Notes under the pieces: generated by a model
The model's database searches: none
What the model saw: the letters and a program-made list of their open reading frames with translations, nothing else
Told to the model about the DNA's origin: nothing
Program-made: the position numbers and the translations under genes
NCBI GenBank assembly: GCA_038887515.1
Contig: JAWAKK010000001.1
Span: 541,836-605,835, forward strand
Source: Candidatus Nezhaarchaeales archaeon
GTDB lineage: Archaea > Thermoproteota > Methanomethylicia > Nezhaarchaeales > WYZ-LMO8
DNA: 64,000 nt
Direction of reading: 5' to 3'
Shown: positions 37,795 through 48,064 of the stretch, piece after piece
Layout of the letters: every line of letters begins with the position of its first letter
Position numbering within the stretch: the first letter of the stretch is position 1

Positions 37795-38574
37795 ATGAGT
37801 GGAGAACTTAAGTATACTAGGATGGAGCAGATGATTATAGCCTCGGCAAAGATGCTAGAGAACGGAAAAATAGTTTTCGTTGGCACCGGGATGCCCCTAC
37901 TAGCAGCTATGGTTGCAAAAGCACTTTACTCTCCAAAGCTAGTGCTCCTTTTCGAAGCTGGAGGTATAGATCCGCTTCCTGGACCAACGTTACCCATTAG
38001 TGTTGGAGACTCCATGACTACATGGAAGGCTAGCGCTGCGTTAAGCATGGATTACGTAATGACGTTGGCACAAGCAGGATTCATAGAGTACGGAATGTTA
38101 GGCGCGGCTCAAATAGACATGTACGGCAACATTAATACGACGGTTATAGGTCCTTGGGAAAGACCCAAAGTAAGGTTTCCCGGTAGCGGAGGAGCTAACG
38201 ATATTGGATCACTTTGTTGGAGAACTATAGTCATAATGAGACAGGATAAGACTAAGTTCGTTGAAAAGCTTGATTTCCTTACAACCCCAGGCTATTTCAA
38301 TGGCCCTGGAGCTAGGGAGAGAAACGGTCTGCCTAGAAACACAGGCCCGTGGAGGGTCGTAACTCAGCTCGGCGTTTACAGCTTCGACGAGAAGGACAAG
38401 AGAATGACGTTGCTAGCGGTATACCCCGGCGTTAGCCTTGAGGAGATAAAGGAGAATAGCGGCTTCCCCATAAAAATACCGGAAAAAATTGAGGTGCTCC
38501 CGGAGCCGACTGCCGAAGAGTTAAGGGTTCTGAGAAAACTAGATCCTTACGGCCTTGTCCTTGGTAAGGGCTAA
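37795..38574 (+). CDS. gctB: Family I CoA-transferase, glutaconate CoA-transferase-like subunit B
   Basis: FVGTGMP, LFEAG (catalytic Glu), AQIDMYGNINTT, GSGGAND; ATG at 37795 with GGTGA RBS. Confidence 0.85.
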   Translation: MSGELKYTRMEQMIIASAKMLENGKIVFVGTGMPLLAAMVAKALYSPKLVLLFEAGGIDPLPGPTLPISVGDSMTTWKASAALSMDYVMTLAQAGFIEYGMLGAAQIDMYGNINTTVIGPWERPKVRFPGSGGANDIGSLCWRTIVIMRQDKTKFVEKLDFLTTPGYFNGPGARERNGLPRNTGPWRVVTQLGVYSFDEKDKRMTLLAVYPGVSLEEIKENSGFPIKIPEKIEVLPEPTAEELRVLRKLDPYGLVLGKG

Positions 38575-38713
38575 CTTAACCTCCTCTACGAGTTTTATTC
38601 TTTTCCCCTTTTATTAGGTAACCCTCTCGTAGGTAAGATACTTATATTACTGGAAGAAGTCTTGAGAAAGGTTAAAAAACTTCAACGTTCGTTGTATGCT
38701 TTGGTGAGCGTTA

Positions 38714-39670
38714 ATGTCTTGGAACTATAATGATATGCAGGAATGGATTAGGAGGGTGAGGAGAGGGGAGCTACCTCCCCTGATAATAACTGTCGCGATA
38801 ACTGGAGGAATACAGGGAAAAGAGGTCACTCCTTACCTTCCTGAAAGCCCCGAAGAGCAAGCTCAACAAGCATACGAAGCGTATAAGGCAGGTGCATCAA
38901 TAGTACACATTCACGTTAGGGATCCGAAGACTGGCTACGCAACTCCGACAGCCGACCCGGCCCAGATAAGGCTCGTGAACAAAAAGGTTAGAGAGCTATG
39001 TCCCGACATAATAATTAACAATTCAACTGGCATAGGCTTATTCACGTCTCTTGAAGAGAGGCTTAAAGTGCTCGAAGCAGATCCCGAAATAGCTTCGCTT
39101 AACGTTGGGCCTGTTGCCTGGAGAACCCTACTTAAGAAGAGGGAGCCCGTGAGGACGCAAGACGTACAGGTAGACCTTACGTGGCCTCCGAACTTCACTT
39201 GGAGGGAGGCGGAAGTATTAGCTAAGAGGATGTTAGAGAAGAACGTAAAGCCTGAGTTCGAAGTCTATCAGCAAGGACACTTCCACGTGGTATATCATCT
39301 CATCGAAAACAACTTAACCAAAGAGCCGCACATCGTTCAACTAGTACTTGGAGTTACGGGTGGAGAGCTACCCCATTATAAGAACCTGATAAACATGGTG
39401 GAGCATCTACCTCCGAATAGCTTTCCGTTCGTAGTTGGAATAGGTCCATTCCAAGCATACCTAACCACTATGGCTATAGTCATGGGCCTTCACGTCAGAG
39501 TGGGCCTCGAAGACAACATATTCTACCGTAAAGGAGAGCTGGCAAAGAGTAACGCCCAATTAGTTGAGCGAGTAGTAAAGATAGCCAACGAGATAGGGAG
39601 ACCCATAGCGACCCCCGATGAAGCTAGAAAGATGCTTGGACTACCTAAAGAACCTAAGCAATACGACTAA
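38714..39670 (+). CDS. Beta-keto acid cleavage enzyme (BKACE/Kce, DUF849); candidate triacetate acetoacetate-lyase
   Basis: AITGG, AGASIVHIHVR, KPEFEVY, HVRVGLEDN, ATPDEAR motifs. Confidence 0.92.
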   Translation: MSWNYNDMQEWIRRVRRGELPPLIITVAITGGIQGKEVTPYLPESPEEQAQQAYEAYKAGASIVHIHVRDPKTGYATPTADPAQIRLVNKKVRELCPDIIINNSTGIGLFTSLEERLKVLEADPEIASLNVGPVAWRTLLKKREPVRTQDVQVDLTWPPNFTWREAEVLAKRMLEKNVKPEFEVYQQGHFHVVYHLIENNLTKEPHIVQLVLGVTGGELPHYKNLINMVEHLPPNSFPFVVGIGPFQAYLTTMAIVMGLHVRVGLEDNIFYRKGELAKSNAQLVERVVKIANEIGRPIATPDEARKMLGLPKEPKQYD

Positions 39671-39749
39671 CGGCTAACAATTTGAAGGCGATAAGCTTAT
39701 GGGGCTTCTACGATAGCGCGTATTAAGGGACTTAATGGAGGGATAATAG

Positions 39750-40712
39750 TTGAATAAAGTTAACATAAGGAAAGTAGCAGTATTGGGAGCCGGAACCATG
39801 GGTCATGGTATAGCTCAAGTTTGTGCTCAGAGCGGTTACGAAACCGTAATGGTAGCTACTAAGCCAGAGAGTCTGGCGAGAGCCCTAAACAATATCAAGA
39901 AGGATCTCGAAGTCTTCGTAAAGAAGAACCTCATAAATCGAGAGGACGTCGACAGAATAGTTTCAAGGATAACTATCGAGTTAAGCGTAGCAAAGGCCGT
40001 GAGAGAGGCAGATTTCGTGATCGAAAGCGTTGTAGAGGACTTGGAGGTTAAGAGAAAGATATTCAAGGAGGTTGACGATAACGCGCCTCCCCACGCGATC
40101 CTGGGCACCAATACGTCCACTATAAGCATAACTGAGCTTGCTAAAGTCACTCGTAGGCCCCAGATGGTCTTAGGGGTGCACTTCTGGAACCCGCCGCACC
40201 TCATGCCATTAGTTGAGATAGTTAAGACCGAGTACACATCGGATGAAGCCGTCGAGGTCGCAAGAGCGTTTATCGAAGATCTAGGAAAAGTCCCAGTTCT
40301 ATGTAAGAAAGAGGCTCCAGGCTACCTTGGAGTTAGGCTCCAGGCAGCCATAGTCCTAGAGGCTACTAGGATGCTTGAAGAAGGCGTAGCCTCAGCTGAA
40401 GATATAGATATAGCGGTTAAGATGACTCTAGGATTGAGGTATCCTCTATTTGGACCACTACAGGTGGTCGATTTAGGAGGTGTAGACGTCTTCTACTACG
40501 CTTACAGCTACTTGTATAACGCAACTAAAGAGGAGCGGTTTAAACCGCCGAAGATCCTTAAAGAGCTTGTTGAAAAGGGCAAGCTCGGAGTAAAGAGCTA
40601 CGAGGGCTTTTACAAGTACACTCCAGAGCAAGTAGAAAAGATAGTAAAGCTCAGAGACGAGTGGTTAATAGACCAACTCATAAGCAGAGGCCTACTAAAA
40701 ATAAAGAAGTAA
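39750..40712 (+). CDS. 3-hydroxyacyl(-CoA) dehydrogenase family; candidate 3-hydroxy-5-oxohexanoate dehydrogenase
   Basis: GAGTMGHGIA, ESVVE, TNTS, HFWNPPHLMPLVE motifs. Confidence 0.9.
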   Translation: MNKVNIRKVAVLGAGTMGHGIAQVCAQSGYETVMVATKPESLARALNNIKKDLEVFVKKNLINREDVDRIVSRITIELSVAKAVREADFVIESVVEDLEVKRKIFKEVDDNAPPHAILGTNTSTISITELAKVTRRPQMVLGVHFWNPPHLMPLVEIVKTEYTSDEAVEVARAFIEDLGKVPVLCKKEAPGYLGVRLQAAIVLEATRMLEEGVASAEDIDIAVKMTLGLRYPLFGPLQVVDLGGVDVFYYAYSYLYNATKEERFKPPKILKELVEKGKLGVKSYEGFYKYTPEQVEKIVKLRDEWLIDQLISRGLLKIKK

Positions 40713-40981
40713 ATAACAACTTAGCTATCTTCTACACCCTTTTTTTATCAAGCTAGCGAAGCTCTCCTAAAATTCGGTTTTTACGTACATTGCTTGCATT
40801 CTAAAAGCCTACTTAAAGCTATTTAGCAATCCTATCTTCCGTTCCCGCAGGAAATACCGAGAGTTTCTACGCGTTTAGAGAGTCGAGGACCATACGAATG
40901 AGAACAGTTATCGAAGTGAATTCTAGCGACTATTTTTAAAGAAGTTAGGCTTGTTTTGTCGTATATCGTAGTTAGCCGTCG

Positions 40982-41692
40982 TCAGCTTACGCCGACACTT
41001 ATATACCTTATCATATCCGCGACTTCCTCACATCTATCAACTGAGTTCTCTACTTCATCGACTATTTCCTTCGCTATAGCACACCATTTCGGCCCCTTCT
41101 CATCACACTTCGATAACACGTACTCTAAAAGAGCGGTTCTAATGTCGTCGACTTCTTCTTCAATGCGCTCTATCATGTCAGCAGTGGTAAGAGCTTTTCG
41201 AGGGTTGTCCGACATCTCTTTAAACGCTTGGTCTATCAGCATCATAGCCTCACGTAGCTTCAACGCCATGTTCAACAGTTTTGAAATGTACTCCTCGTCG
41301 AAGTAGACACCTATACGCGTCGAAATAAGCAATCTTCTAGCAGCCGCCTTAGAATAGTCAGCAACGTCGTCCAACCTTAGTACGAGCCTCATTATGTAGT
41401 CTCTGTCTAGAGGCAGTAAGGTAGCCTTCGACAAGTCGTATATAAAGTTCCTCTTGGCTTCATCAGCCCTACGCTCGGCCTTCAATACTTCGGAGAACGT
41501 TGAGCTCGCGTCGTCAAACCGCCTTTCCTCTATCGCCTTAAGCATTGAAATTAGACCTTCAATAACTTTCGTTACCTCAACGCCGTGCTCTATGCACTTA
41601 GACACTATACCCTTTTCAACTTTTTTAGATGCCCATATCCAAGTTGACACTAAGACCACCGTAAGGCACGTTCTTAGCTTTCCTCCCTGCAT
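40982..41692 (-). CDS. DUF47/PhoU-like phosphate transport regulator
   Basis: ERRADE...LDDVADY and IEEEVDD...DRCEEVAD repeats; downstream of PiT. Confidence 0.88.
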   Translation of the reverse strand: MQGGKLRTCLTVVLVSTWIWASKKVEKGIVSKCIEHGVEVTKVIEGLISMLKAIEERRFDDASSTFSEVLKAERRADEAKRNFIYDLSKATLLPLDRDYIMRLVLRLDDVADYSKAAARRLLISTRIGVYFDEEYISKLLNMALKLREAMMLIDQAFKEMSDNPRKALTTADMIERIEEEVDDIRTALLEYVLSKCDEKGPKWCAIAKEIVDEVENSVDRCEEVADMIRYISVGVS

Positions 41693-41711
41693 TTATATAC
41701 TTTGTTGTTTG

Positions 41712-42773
41712 TTAAATTGACAATCGTATCAAGGAGTGAGCGAAAAGGCAGAGACATGAAGCTATCCCCATCGTTACCGGGACGGTTAAAAGCCACGACA
41801 TTATTATGTAACCAGTTACCTTCATGTTTAATCCCCGTAAGCACCTAGCCTTCGCTATTCCGGCACCAATTATCGCCGACACACTTGTGTGAGTTGTCGA
41901 AATTGGCATGCCAAACCCCCAGAGCATGTAGGGTATAGTCGTGAATAACCATACAGTTAAAGCTAATGAGAAGCCCGCCGCAACCCCGCTTGGATTATCT
42001 AACCTAGTTATTCTAAACGCGGTGGTCTCCACCACTCTTCTCCCCAAAGTGAAGCCACCTATGGCAATGAATGTGCCTCCCATAAGAGATAAGAGCAACA
42101 TTGTTTCGTGCGTTGGTAACCCGAATTGTCTCTCTGTTATAGTTAAGTACACTCCAGTAGCATTAGCTACGTCATTCGCTCCGAAGGAATAGGCGGCAAA
42201 CGCCAAGGAAACTATGTGAAGCGCTAGGAATATCTTTTCAACGTCGCGTTTCACCCTAAGAGATAACTCGAGTTTTAGGAAGAGAAAGTACAGGAGGACG
42301 GCTAGACTCATGGCTATGGCTGGCGATGTTACCCAACTTAGTATGATCCTCGTCATGACGCTCCAATTTATTTCATCAAATTTAATGGAGCCTATTACAG
42401 CGTACGCTATACCTACCCCCAATATTGACCCCGTTACGCTCTGCGAAGTCGAAATGGGCAAACCGAGAAGAGTTGCAGTAAGTATCCATACGCCGGCCGC
42501 TACGACCGCTATTAGGGCGGCAACTATATCTATCTGAGGTACAATCCCCCTACCTAAGGTCTTAATTACGTAGCTCCCTTGGAGCAGGGCCCCAATGATA
42601 GTGAACATGGAGAATAGCAGGAGAGCCCTCCTTAATGTTAAGGCCCCGGCACCTACAGCGGTATCTATCGGGTTCGCAGCATCGTTAGCTCCTATATTGA
42701 AGGCCATGAAGGCTGACGCTGCCACTCCAATGATATAAAGTATTAGTTCTATCATCTCTTCCACATTTCTCAT
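41712..42773 (-). CDS. PiT-family inorganic phosphate transporter
   Basis: Two GANDxAN motifs and two PISTS/T motifs. Confidence 0.95.
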   Translation of the reverse strand: MRNVEEMIELILYIIGVAASAFMAFNIGANDAANPIDTAVGAGALTLRRALLLFSMFTIIGALLQGSYVIKTLGRGIVPQIDIVAALIAVVAAGVWILTATLLGLPISTSQSVTGSILGVGIAYAVIGSIKFDEINWSVMTRIILSWVTSPAIAMSLAVLLYFLFLKLELSLRVKRDVEKIFLALHIVSLAFAAYSFGANDVANATGVYLTITERQFGLPTHETMLLLSLMGGTFIAIGGFTLGRRVVETTAFRITRLDNPSGVAAGFSLALTVWLFTTIPYMLWGFGMPISTTHTSVSAIIGAGIAKARCLRGLNMKVTGYIIMSWLLTVPVTMGIASCLCLFAHSLIRLSI

Positions 42774-42957
42774 GCTTCACTTTATAACGCTTACTAGCCA
42801 GCATGGAAATTTGTAGTGTGCGGTAGGTACATGATGACTGCGCATAGCGATAGGTTTTGCTAGACAATAGGAGTAGTCCAGCGCGACAAGGGACTTATTA
42901 CGTGCAAATAGAAACGCCTTTAAGCCTAGACGGAAAAAAAGGCATAACGATGTAAAA

Positions 42958-43980
42958 ATGGAAATTTATGACTTTGAAGCCCACTTCTATACGAAAGATT
43001 ACGTTAAAGCTCTGCTTAAAAACAAGGCTTATCCAAGATATAAGAAAGATGAGAAGCAAGATATCTATTGGCTTTTATATACGCCTAGCGTCCAAGAACC
43101 CCACGTAGGAGCGTTGCTTGAAAAGCTCCTCAACGTAGAGGAGAAGAGAATACATGATATGAGGGAGGCCGGCATAAAAGTTCAGATCCTAAGTCTCTCG
43201 GCACCTGGATGTGAGCAGCTAGGACCTAAGTTAGGTTCTAGGATGGCTAGGAAGGTCAACGACGAACTCTCGAGGATCGTTGAGAAAAACCCCGACAGAT
43301 TCATTGGGCTCGCAGCCCTCGCACCTCAAAGTCCCCAAGAAGCTGCGGAAGAGCTTGAGAGGGCTGTTAAGGATCTCGGACTTAAGGGTTGGAAGACCCA
43401 CTCCAACATACGTGGTGAGTACCTAGACAACGAGAAGTTCTGGCCTATACTAGAGAGAACTGAGAGGCTTCGTGTACCAATATTTCTGCATCCTACCGTC
43501 CCGAGGATAAAACAACTCGGAGAACCCTACGGGTACGCAATGGCTGGTCCAGCCTTTGGTTTCGTTTTTGAGACTGCTATGTGCTTAATGAGATTAATAC
43601 TGAGCGGCGTCTTCGATAAGTTCCCTAACCTAAAGTTCGTGCTAGGGCACCTTGGAGAGGCCATGCCGTTTCTCATCAACCGTATAGACTTTCCTCGCGT
43701 GAGGCCATGGGTCTACGAAAGCATGGACGTAAAAATATCGAAGAAGCCCAGCGAGTACTTGAAGAATAATGTGTTTATACTTACGAGCGGCGAATTCCCC
43801 GTACCAGCAATATCCTGCGCCATAGAGATAATGGGCTTAGACAGGGTTCTCTTCGGTTCAGACTATCCCTACGAAAACTCTGTAGATGCTGTGAAGCGCA
43901 TTGAAGCTCTACCTCTCTCAAAGGAGGAAAAAGAGAAGATATACTCTCAAAACGCTAAATCGCTCCTAGGTATACGTTGA
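42958..43980 (+). CDS. Amidohydrolase_2-family metal-dependent decarboxylase (hydroxybenzoate/resorcylate decarboxylase-like)
   Basis: DFEAH (ExH), ILSLSAPG, FLHP, GHLGE, GSDYPY. Confidence 0.82.
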   Translation: MEIYDFEAHFYTKDYVKALLKNKAYPRYKKDEKQDIYWLLYTPSVQEPHVGALLEKLLNVEEKRIHDMREAGIKVQILSLSAPGCEQLGPKLGSRMARKVNDELSRIVEKNPDRFIGLAALAPQSPQEAAEELERAVKDLGLKGWKTHSNIRGEYLDNEKFWPILERTERLRVPIFLHPTVPRIKQLGEPYGYAMAGPAFGFVFETAMCLMRLILSGVFDKFPNLKFVLGHLGEAMPFLINRIDFPRVRPWVYESMDVKISKKPSEYLKNNVFILTSGEFPVPAISCAIEIMGLDRVLFGSDYPYENSVDAVKRIEALPLSKEEKEKIYSQNAKSLLGIR

Positions 43981-44061
43981 GGCGAGGCCCATAATCTCTG
44001 AAGAGTTAATGTCAACTGAAAGCTTAAAGCATAGGTCAAGAAACCAATATTAGCTAAAAAG

Positions 44062-45933
44062 GTGGTAGCATTGGTTTATGGTTATGCTGGTAAGATACTC
44101 TACATAGATCTAACGACCAAAGAAAGCTGGGTCAAAGCTCTCGATGTAGATTACGTCTATCCCGTAATCGGTGGAGCTGGGCTTGGAATAAAGATACTCA
44201 TGGACGAGGTCAACCCGAAAGTTGAACCACTATCCCCTGAGAACAAACTGATCTTTGCTGTAGGTCCACTAACAGGATCCTTAGCCCCCTGTACAAGTAG
44301 GATGGCTGTCGTATCTAAATCACCCTTAACAGGCGCAGTTGGAATGTCGCTTAGTGGCGGGTACTTCCCAGCTGAACTCAAGTTCGCCGGTTATGATGCT
44401 ATCGTAATATCGGGGAAAGCAGATGGACCGTCGTACATATGGATATACGACGATAAAGTGACCATAGGAGATGCATCAGGAATCTGGGGCTTATCGACGA
44501 CCGATACCCAAATAATATTGAGGGAAAAACTGAATCAACCTGAAGCTAAAGTAGCATGTATAGGACCGGCTGGTGAAAGACTAGTACGATACGCATGCAT
44601 AATAAACGAGAGGAGGGCGGCAGGAAGAAAGGGTCTAGGCGCTGTCATGGGTTCTAAGAACCTTAAGGCGATAGCTGTGAGGGGGACGAAAAAAGTTGAA
44701 GTTGCCGACCAAGAGAAGTTCAGAAAAGCTGTCAAGAGGATGTACGACTTAATGAAGGAAAGCCCTGTTCTCTACCCCTCTTTCTCGAAGATGGGGACAC
44801 CTATGACTGTTGAGGTTACGGCCGAGCTTGGAATACTTCCAGCTAAAAACTGGACTGCTACTGGCCTGTTCGCCCCAGTTGAAACTCTTGGTGGAGAGGC
44901 ACAAACTTATTACACCATCACCCGTATGGGTTGCTACAATTGTCCCGTAAGGTGCGGACAGGTAAAGGTTGTTAAAAGCGGTCCCTTCGCCGGCTTTATG
45001 ACTGAAGGGCCTGAGTTCGAGACCACATATAGCCTTGGAACCATGGTCGGTGTCAGCTACCTGCCGGCTGTAATAGCTGCCGACAGGCTATGCGACGAAT
45101 ACGGCTTAGATACCATATCCACTGGAGTATGCATAGCTTTTGCGATGGAGCTCGTCGAAAAAGGTATACTGTCGGCGGATGAGGTCGACGGTATGGACCT
45201 TAGATTCGGCAACTACGAAACCGTGGTAAAGATGATTAGAAAGATAGCCTTCAGAGAAGGGTTTGGAAACATACTTGCCGAGGGGGTTAAGCGTGCCTCA
45301 GAACTCATTGGAAGAGGCTCGGAGAGGTATGCACTTCACGTTAAAGGTCTTGAGCTACCTGGTTATGACGTTAGAGGAGCTAAAGCGCACGGCCTAAGTT
45401 ACGCTACTGCCTATACTGGAGCAGATCACAATAGGGGTTACTCTATACAAGAGATATTCAGTGTCCCAGTACCTTACAAAGTGGATAGGCTAGCGATAGA
45501 AGGTAAAGGAAAGCTTTGCAAGTGGAACCAGGACGTTAGGACTGCCGTCTGCGACTGCATGCCGCTCTGCGTGTTTCCGTTCGACATGGGGCTCGCAGCC
45601 AACGCCTTAGAGCTGATGTCAGAGCTCTACACAGCCTTAACCGGTTTATCCATGACGCCGGAGGAAGTCCAGAAAACTGGAGAAAGAGTCGTCAACATAG
45701 CTAGGGTATTTAACTTTAAGGCTGGCTTTACGAGAGCTGACGACACTCTCCCAGCGAGAGTCATGAAGGAGGGCATACCTGGAGGGGCATCGAAAGGACA
45801 AGTGATAACTCGAGAAGACCTGAATAAGATGCTAGACGAGTATTACGAAGCTCGAGGTTGGGATAAGGAGAAGGGCATACCAACTAAAGAAAAGATGGTT
45901 GAACTTGGCCTACCAATTGAGTGGCTAGCTTGA
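44062..45933 (+). CDS. aor: Tungsten/molybdopterin aldehyde:ferredoxin oxidoreductase family
   Basis: GYAGKIL, KSPLTG, GAVMGSKNLKA, CYNCPVRC, GPEFET, GLDTIS, EYYEARGWD. Confidence 0.94.
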   Translation: MVALVYGYAGKILYIDLTTKESWVKALDVDYVYPVIGGAGLGIKILMDEVNPKVEPLSPENKLIFAVGPLTGSLAPCTSRMAVVSKSPLTGAVGMSLSGGYFPAELKFAGYDAIVISGKADGPSYIWIYDDKVTIGDASGIWGLSTTDTQIILREKLNQPEAKVACIGPAGERLVRYACIINERRAAGRKGLGAVMGSKNLKAIAVRGTKKVEVADQEKFRKAVKRMYDLMKESPVLYPSFSKMGTPMTVEVTAELGILPAKNWTATGLFAPVETLGGEAQTYYTITRMGCYNCPVRCGQVKVVKSGPFAGFMTEGPEFETTYSLGTMVGVSYLPAVIAADRLCDEYGLDTISTGVCIAFAMELVEKGILSADEVDGMDLRFGNYETVVKMIRKIAFREGFGNILAEGVKRASELIGRGSERYALHVKGLELPGYDVRGAKAHGLSYATAYTGADHNRGYSIQEIFSVPVPYKVDRLAIEGKGKLCKWNQDVRTAVCDCMPLCVFPFDMGLAANALELMSELYTALTGLSMTPEEVQKTGERVVNIARVFNFKAGFTRADDTLPARVMKEGIPGGASKGQVITREDLNKMLDEYYEARGWDKEKGIPTKEKMVELGLPIEWLA

Positions 45934-45943
45934 CCTAGATCTC

Positions 45944-46588
45944 CTACTTCTCCTTTTTAATTTCATATATGAACGGTAAGATGACGGCTAGGTTCCTCAT
46001 CTCCTCAACGCAGTGCTGAAACAGTCCCTTAGCCATCTCATAGCTCGCATACTTCGGGTTAAGCCAGAACCTGCTCCTCATCTCGCATCCTACATCCCTG
46101 TCTCTGACGAAGTGAGTCATGAAGCCCGTTTCGACCTCTCCATCTGCTCCTCGAAAGTATATTCGAGCACAGACCGCAGTAGCTTTTGCTTGCTCGAGCT
46201 TAGCTGGATTGAAGTATTGCGAGGGATCCTGAAAGTGTATCCTGAGCTTAGCTACTGGGGGTTTGCCCCCCAGAGTCTCGTCAACTATGTGGCTTGCTCC
46301 AATGTAGCTTCCAGGGCTCCACTTGTCGTCCCACGCACCGTATATGTGGTCAACTGGATGCCAAAGCTTGTAGACCTCAGTATGCTCCTTAGGAGATAGA
46401 CCATAAGCGAACCACCACTCAATCATTCTCCTATTGCAGAGAGGCATTCTCGTAAGCACTGCTACTAAGTAATAGCCATCAGGTAGACGAACGTACCCGC
46501 TCTCTAAAGGCAGGTAGCCGGGCTCTAAAAGTCTACCTATTTCTTCAAGCCGCAACCCAAGACTCTCCAACAATTCATAGACCTCCAC
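45944..46588 (-). CDS. PhlG/phloretin-hydrolase-family C-C hydrolase
   Basis: MIEWWF, YKLWHPVDH, HIVDETLG, MTH...GCEMRSRFW, HCVEEMRNLA..LP (His/Glu/His/Glu metal ligands). Confidence 0.85.
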   Translation of the reverse strand: MEVYELLESLGLRLEEIGRLLEPGYLPLESGYVRLPDGYYLVAVLTRMPLCNRRMIEWWFAYGLSPKEHTEVYKLWHPVDHIYGAWDDKWSPGSYIGASHIVDETLGGKPPVAKLRIHFQDPSQYFNPAKLEQAKATAVCARIYFRGADGEVETGFMTHFVRDRDVGCEMRSRFWLNPKYASYEMAKGLFQHCVEEMRNLAVILPFIYEIKKEK

Positions 46589-46687
46589 AAATTCTAATTA
46601 CTTTCAACTCCTCGATATTATCATCGTAATCTATTTAAATTTAGCTCGAGTAATTATTTTAACTAGCAAGCAAACTATATACAACAT

Positions 46688-48046
46688 ATGGTGGAAAAAT
46701 TGGAGAAGAAAGAAGGCGTTGGGTTAACGAAAGTCCAAGCGATAGCGATAGTGGTCGTTGTCGTCGTTATTGTTGCGGGCGTTGCCGCCTACTTCTTAAC
46801 CCTACCTCCACCAGGTCCAGCTGCCCCCGAGTACATAAAGATCGGCTGGCCAGCTCCAATAACTGGGGGCATAGCAGCCTTTGCTGAGACTACGCCTTGG
46901 ATGGTCGAGCAAGTTGAAAAGTATGTTAACAACGTTATGGGCGGCGTTTACTTAGCTGAGTACGGTAAGAAGGTCCCGATAAAGATCATCTTGAGGGATA
47001 TTAAGAGCGATTCAGATGCTGCTGCTTCAGTTGCTGCTGAGCTAATAACTAGAGAGAACGTAGACTTAATGTTGGCCCTATACTCTCCAGCCATGACTAA
47101 CCCGATAAGCGCCCAATGTGAGAGGTACGGAGTCCCATGTATTGTCTCCCAAACTATAATAGTTTCGTGGTTAATGGGAGGCCCCTACACTTGGTCATAT
47201 TGTATTGGGCTAGCAGAACCAGACTACGCTGTACTATTCTTCGACCTCTTCGATACCATTAAAGACAAGACAAATAAAGTTGTTGCTCTGATAAATTCTG
47301 ATGATCCCGACGGTAGAGCTACTGCGGCTGCCTGGAAGGCACAAGCTGAGAAGCGAGGATATACGATAGTGGATCTTGGCCTAATACCCTACGGTACGAA
47401 AGATTTCAGCACGTACGTGGAAGCATGCAAGAAGGCCGGAGCAGACATACTTACAGGCAACATGATTCCCACGGACTTCGCATCATTCTGGAGGCAATGC
47501 AACGAGATGAGTTACAAGCCGAAGCTCGTGGCGATGGCTAGGTCCCTCCTGTTCCCATCGTGGGTAGCTGCTCTAGGCGGCGACTTAGGGAATGGATTAG
47601 TCGGATACATTTGGTGGACGCCCTACCATCCATACGAGTCTTCGTTAACGGGACAGACTCCTCAAGACCTATGCCAAGCTTGGGAGACCTACTCTGGCAA
47701 ACAGTGGACTCCTGTTTTAGGGATGACTCACGCGGTACTTGAAGTTGCGGTTAAAGCGATCGAGAAGGCTGGAAGTCTCGATAAGGCCAAGATAAGGGAT
47801 GCGTTAGCCAACATAGACTTAAACACTATAGTTGGACGCGTCAACTTCAAGGCTCCTCTAACGTCTAGCCAGCAAGCGAGGTATCAAGCATTTGAGAACA
47901 TGATTAAATACAAGGATCACTACGTCGTCGTACCACCAGTCGCAATTCAGTGGGTTAAGGTAGGGGAACGCTGGGATCCAGTAATAATTTACAATTGGGA
48001 GAGTCCAGATATCCCTGTTACAGGTAAGCTTTTCTTACTGAACTGA
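46688..48046 (+). CDS. Membrane-anchored ABC substrate-binding protein, LivJ-like family
   Basis: N-terminal TM anchor, IKIG...PITG..AAF, AIEKAGSLD...IRDAL...TIVG.VNF; no permease or ATPase adjacent. Confidence 0.88.
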   Translation: MVEKLEKKEGVGLTKVQAIAIVVVVVVIVAGVAAYFLTLPPPGPAAPEYIKIGWPAPITGGIAAFAETTPWMVEQVEKYVNNVMGGVYLAEYGKKVPIKIILRDIKSDSDAAASVAAELITRENVDLMLALYSPAMTNPISAQCERYGVPCIVSQTIIVSWLMGGPYTWSYCIGLAEPDYAVLFFDLFDTIKDKTNKVVALINSDDPDGRATAAAWKAQAEKRGYTIVDLGLIPYGTKDFSTYVEACKKAGADILTGNMIPTDFASFWRQCNEMSYKPKLVAMARSLLFPSWVAALGGDLGNGLVGYIWWTPYHPYESSLTGQTPQDLCQAWETYSGKQWTPVLGMTHAVLEVAVKAIEKAGSLDKAKIRDALANIDLNTIVGRVNFKAPLTSSQQARYQAFENMIKYKDHYVVVPPVAIQWVKVGERWDPVIIYNWESPDIPVTGKLFLLN

Positions 48047-48064
48047 GAGATTAGGCTGCATCTC

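Noticed and set aside
38714-40712. Lysine fermentation or carnitine catabolism reading of BKACE + dehydrogenase + CoA transferase
   Set aside because: No lysine aminomutases or carnitine/betaine genes nearby; the SDR, cyclase, cupin and PhlG context fits phloroglucinol better.
42831-42890. ATGATGA (C-box-like) in the pit/decarboxylase intergenic region
   Set aside because: No CTGA D box at a suitable distance.
34204-43980. Tryptophan/kynurenine pathway reading (KynB-like cyclase plus ACMSD-like amidohydrolase)
   Set aside because: No kynureninase or dioxygenases in the window, and the amidohydrolase has ExH rather than the HxH of ACMSD.
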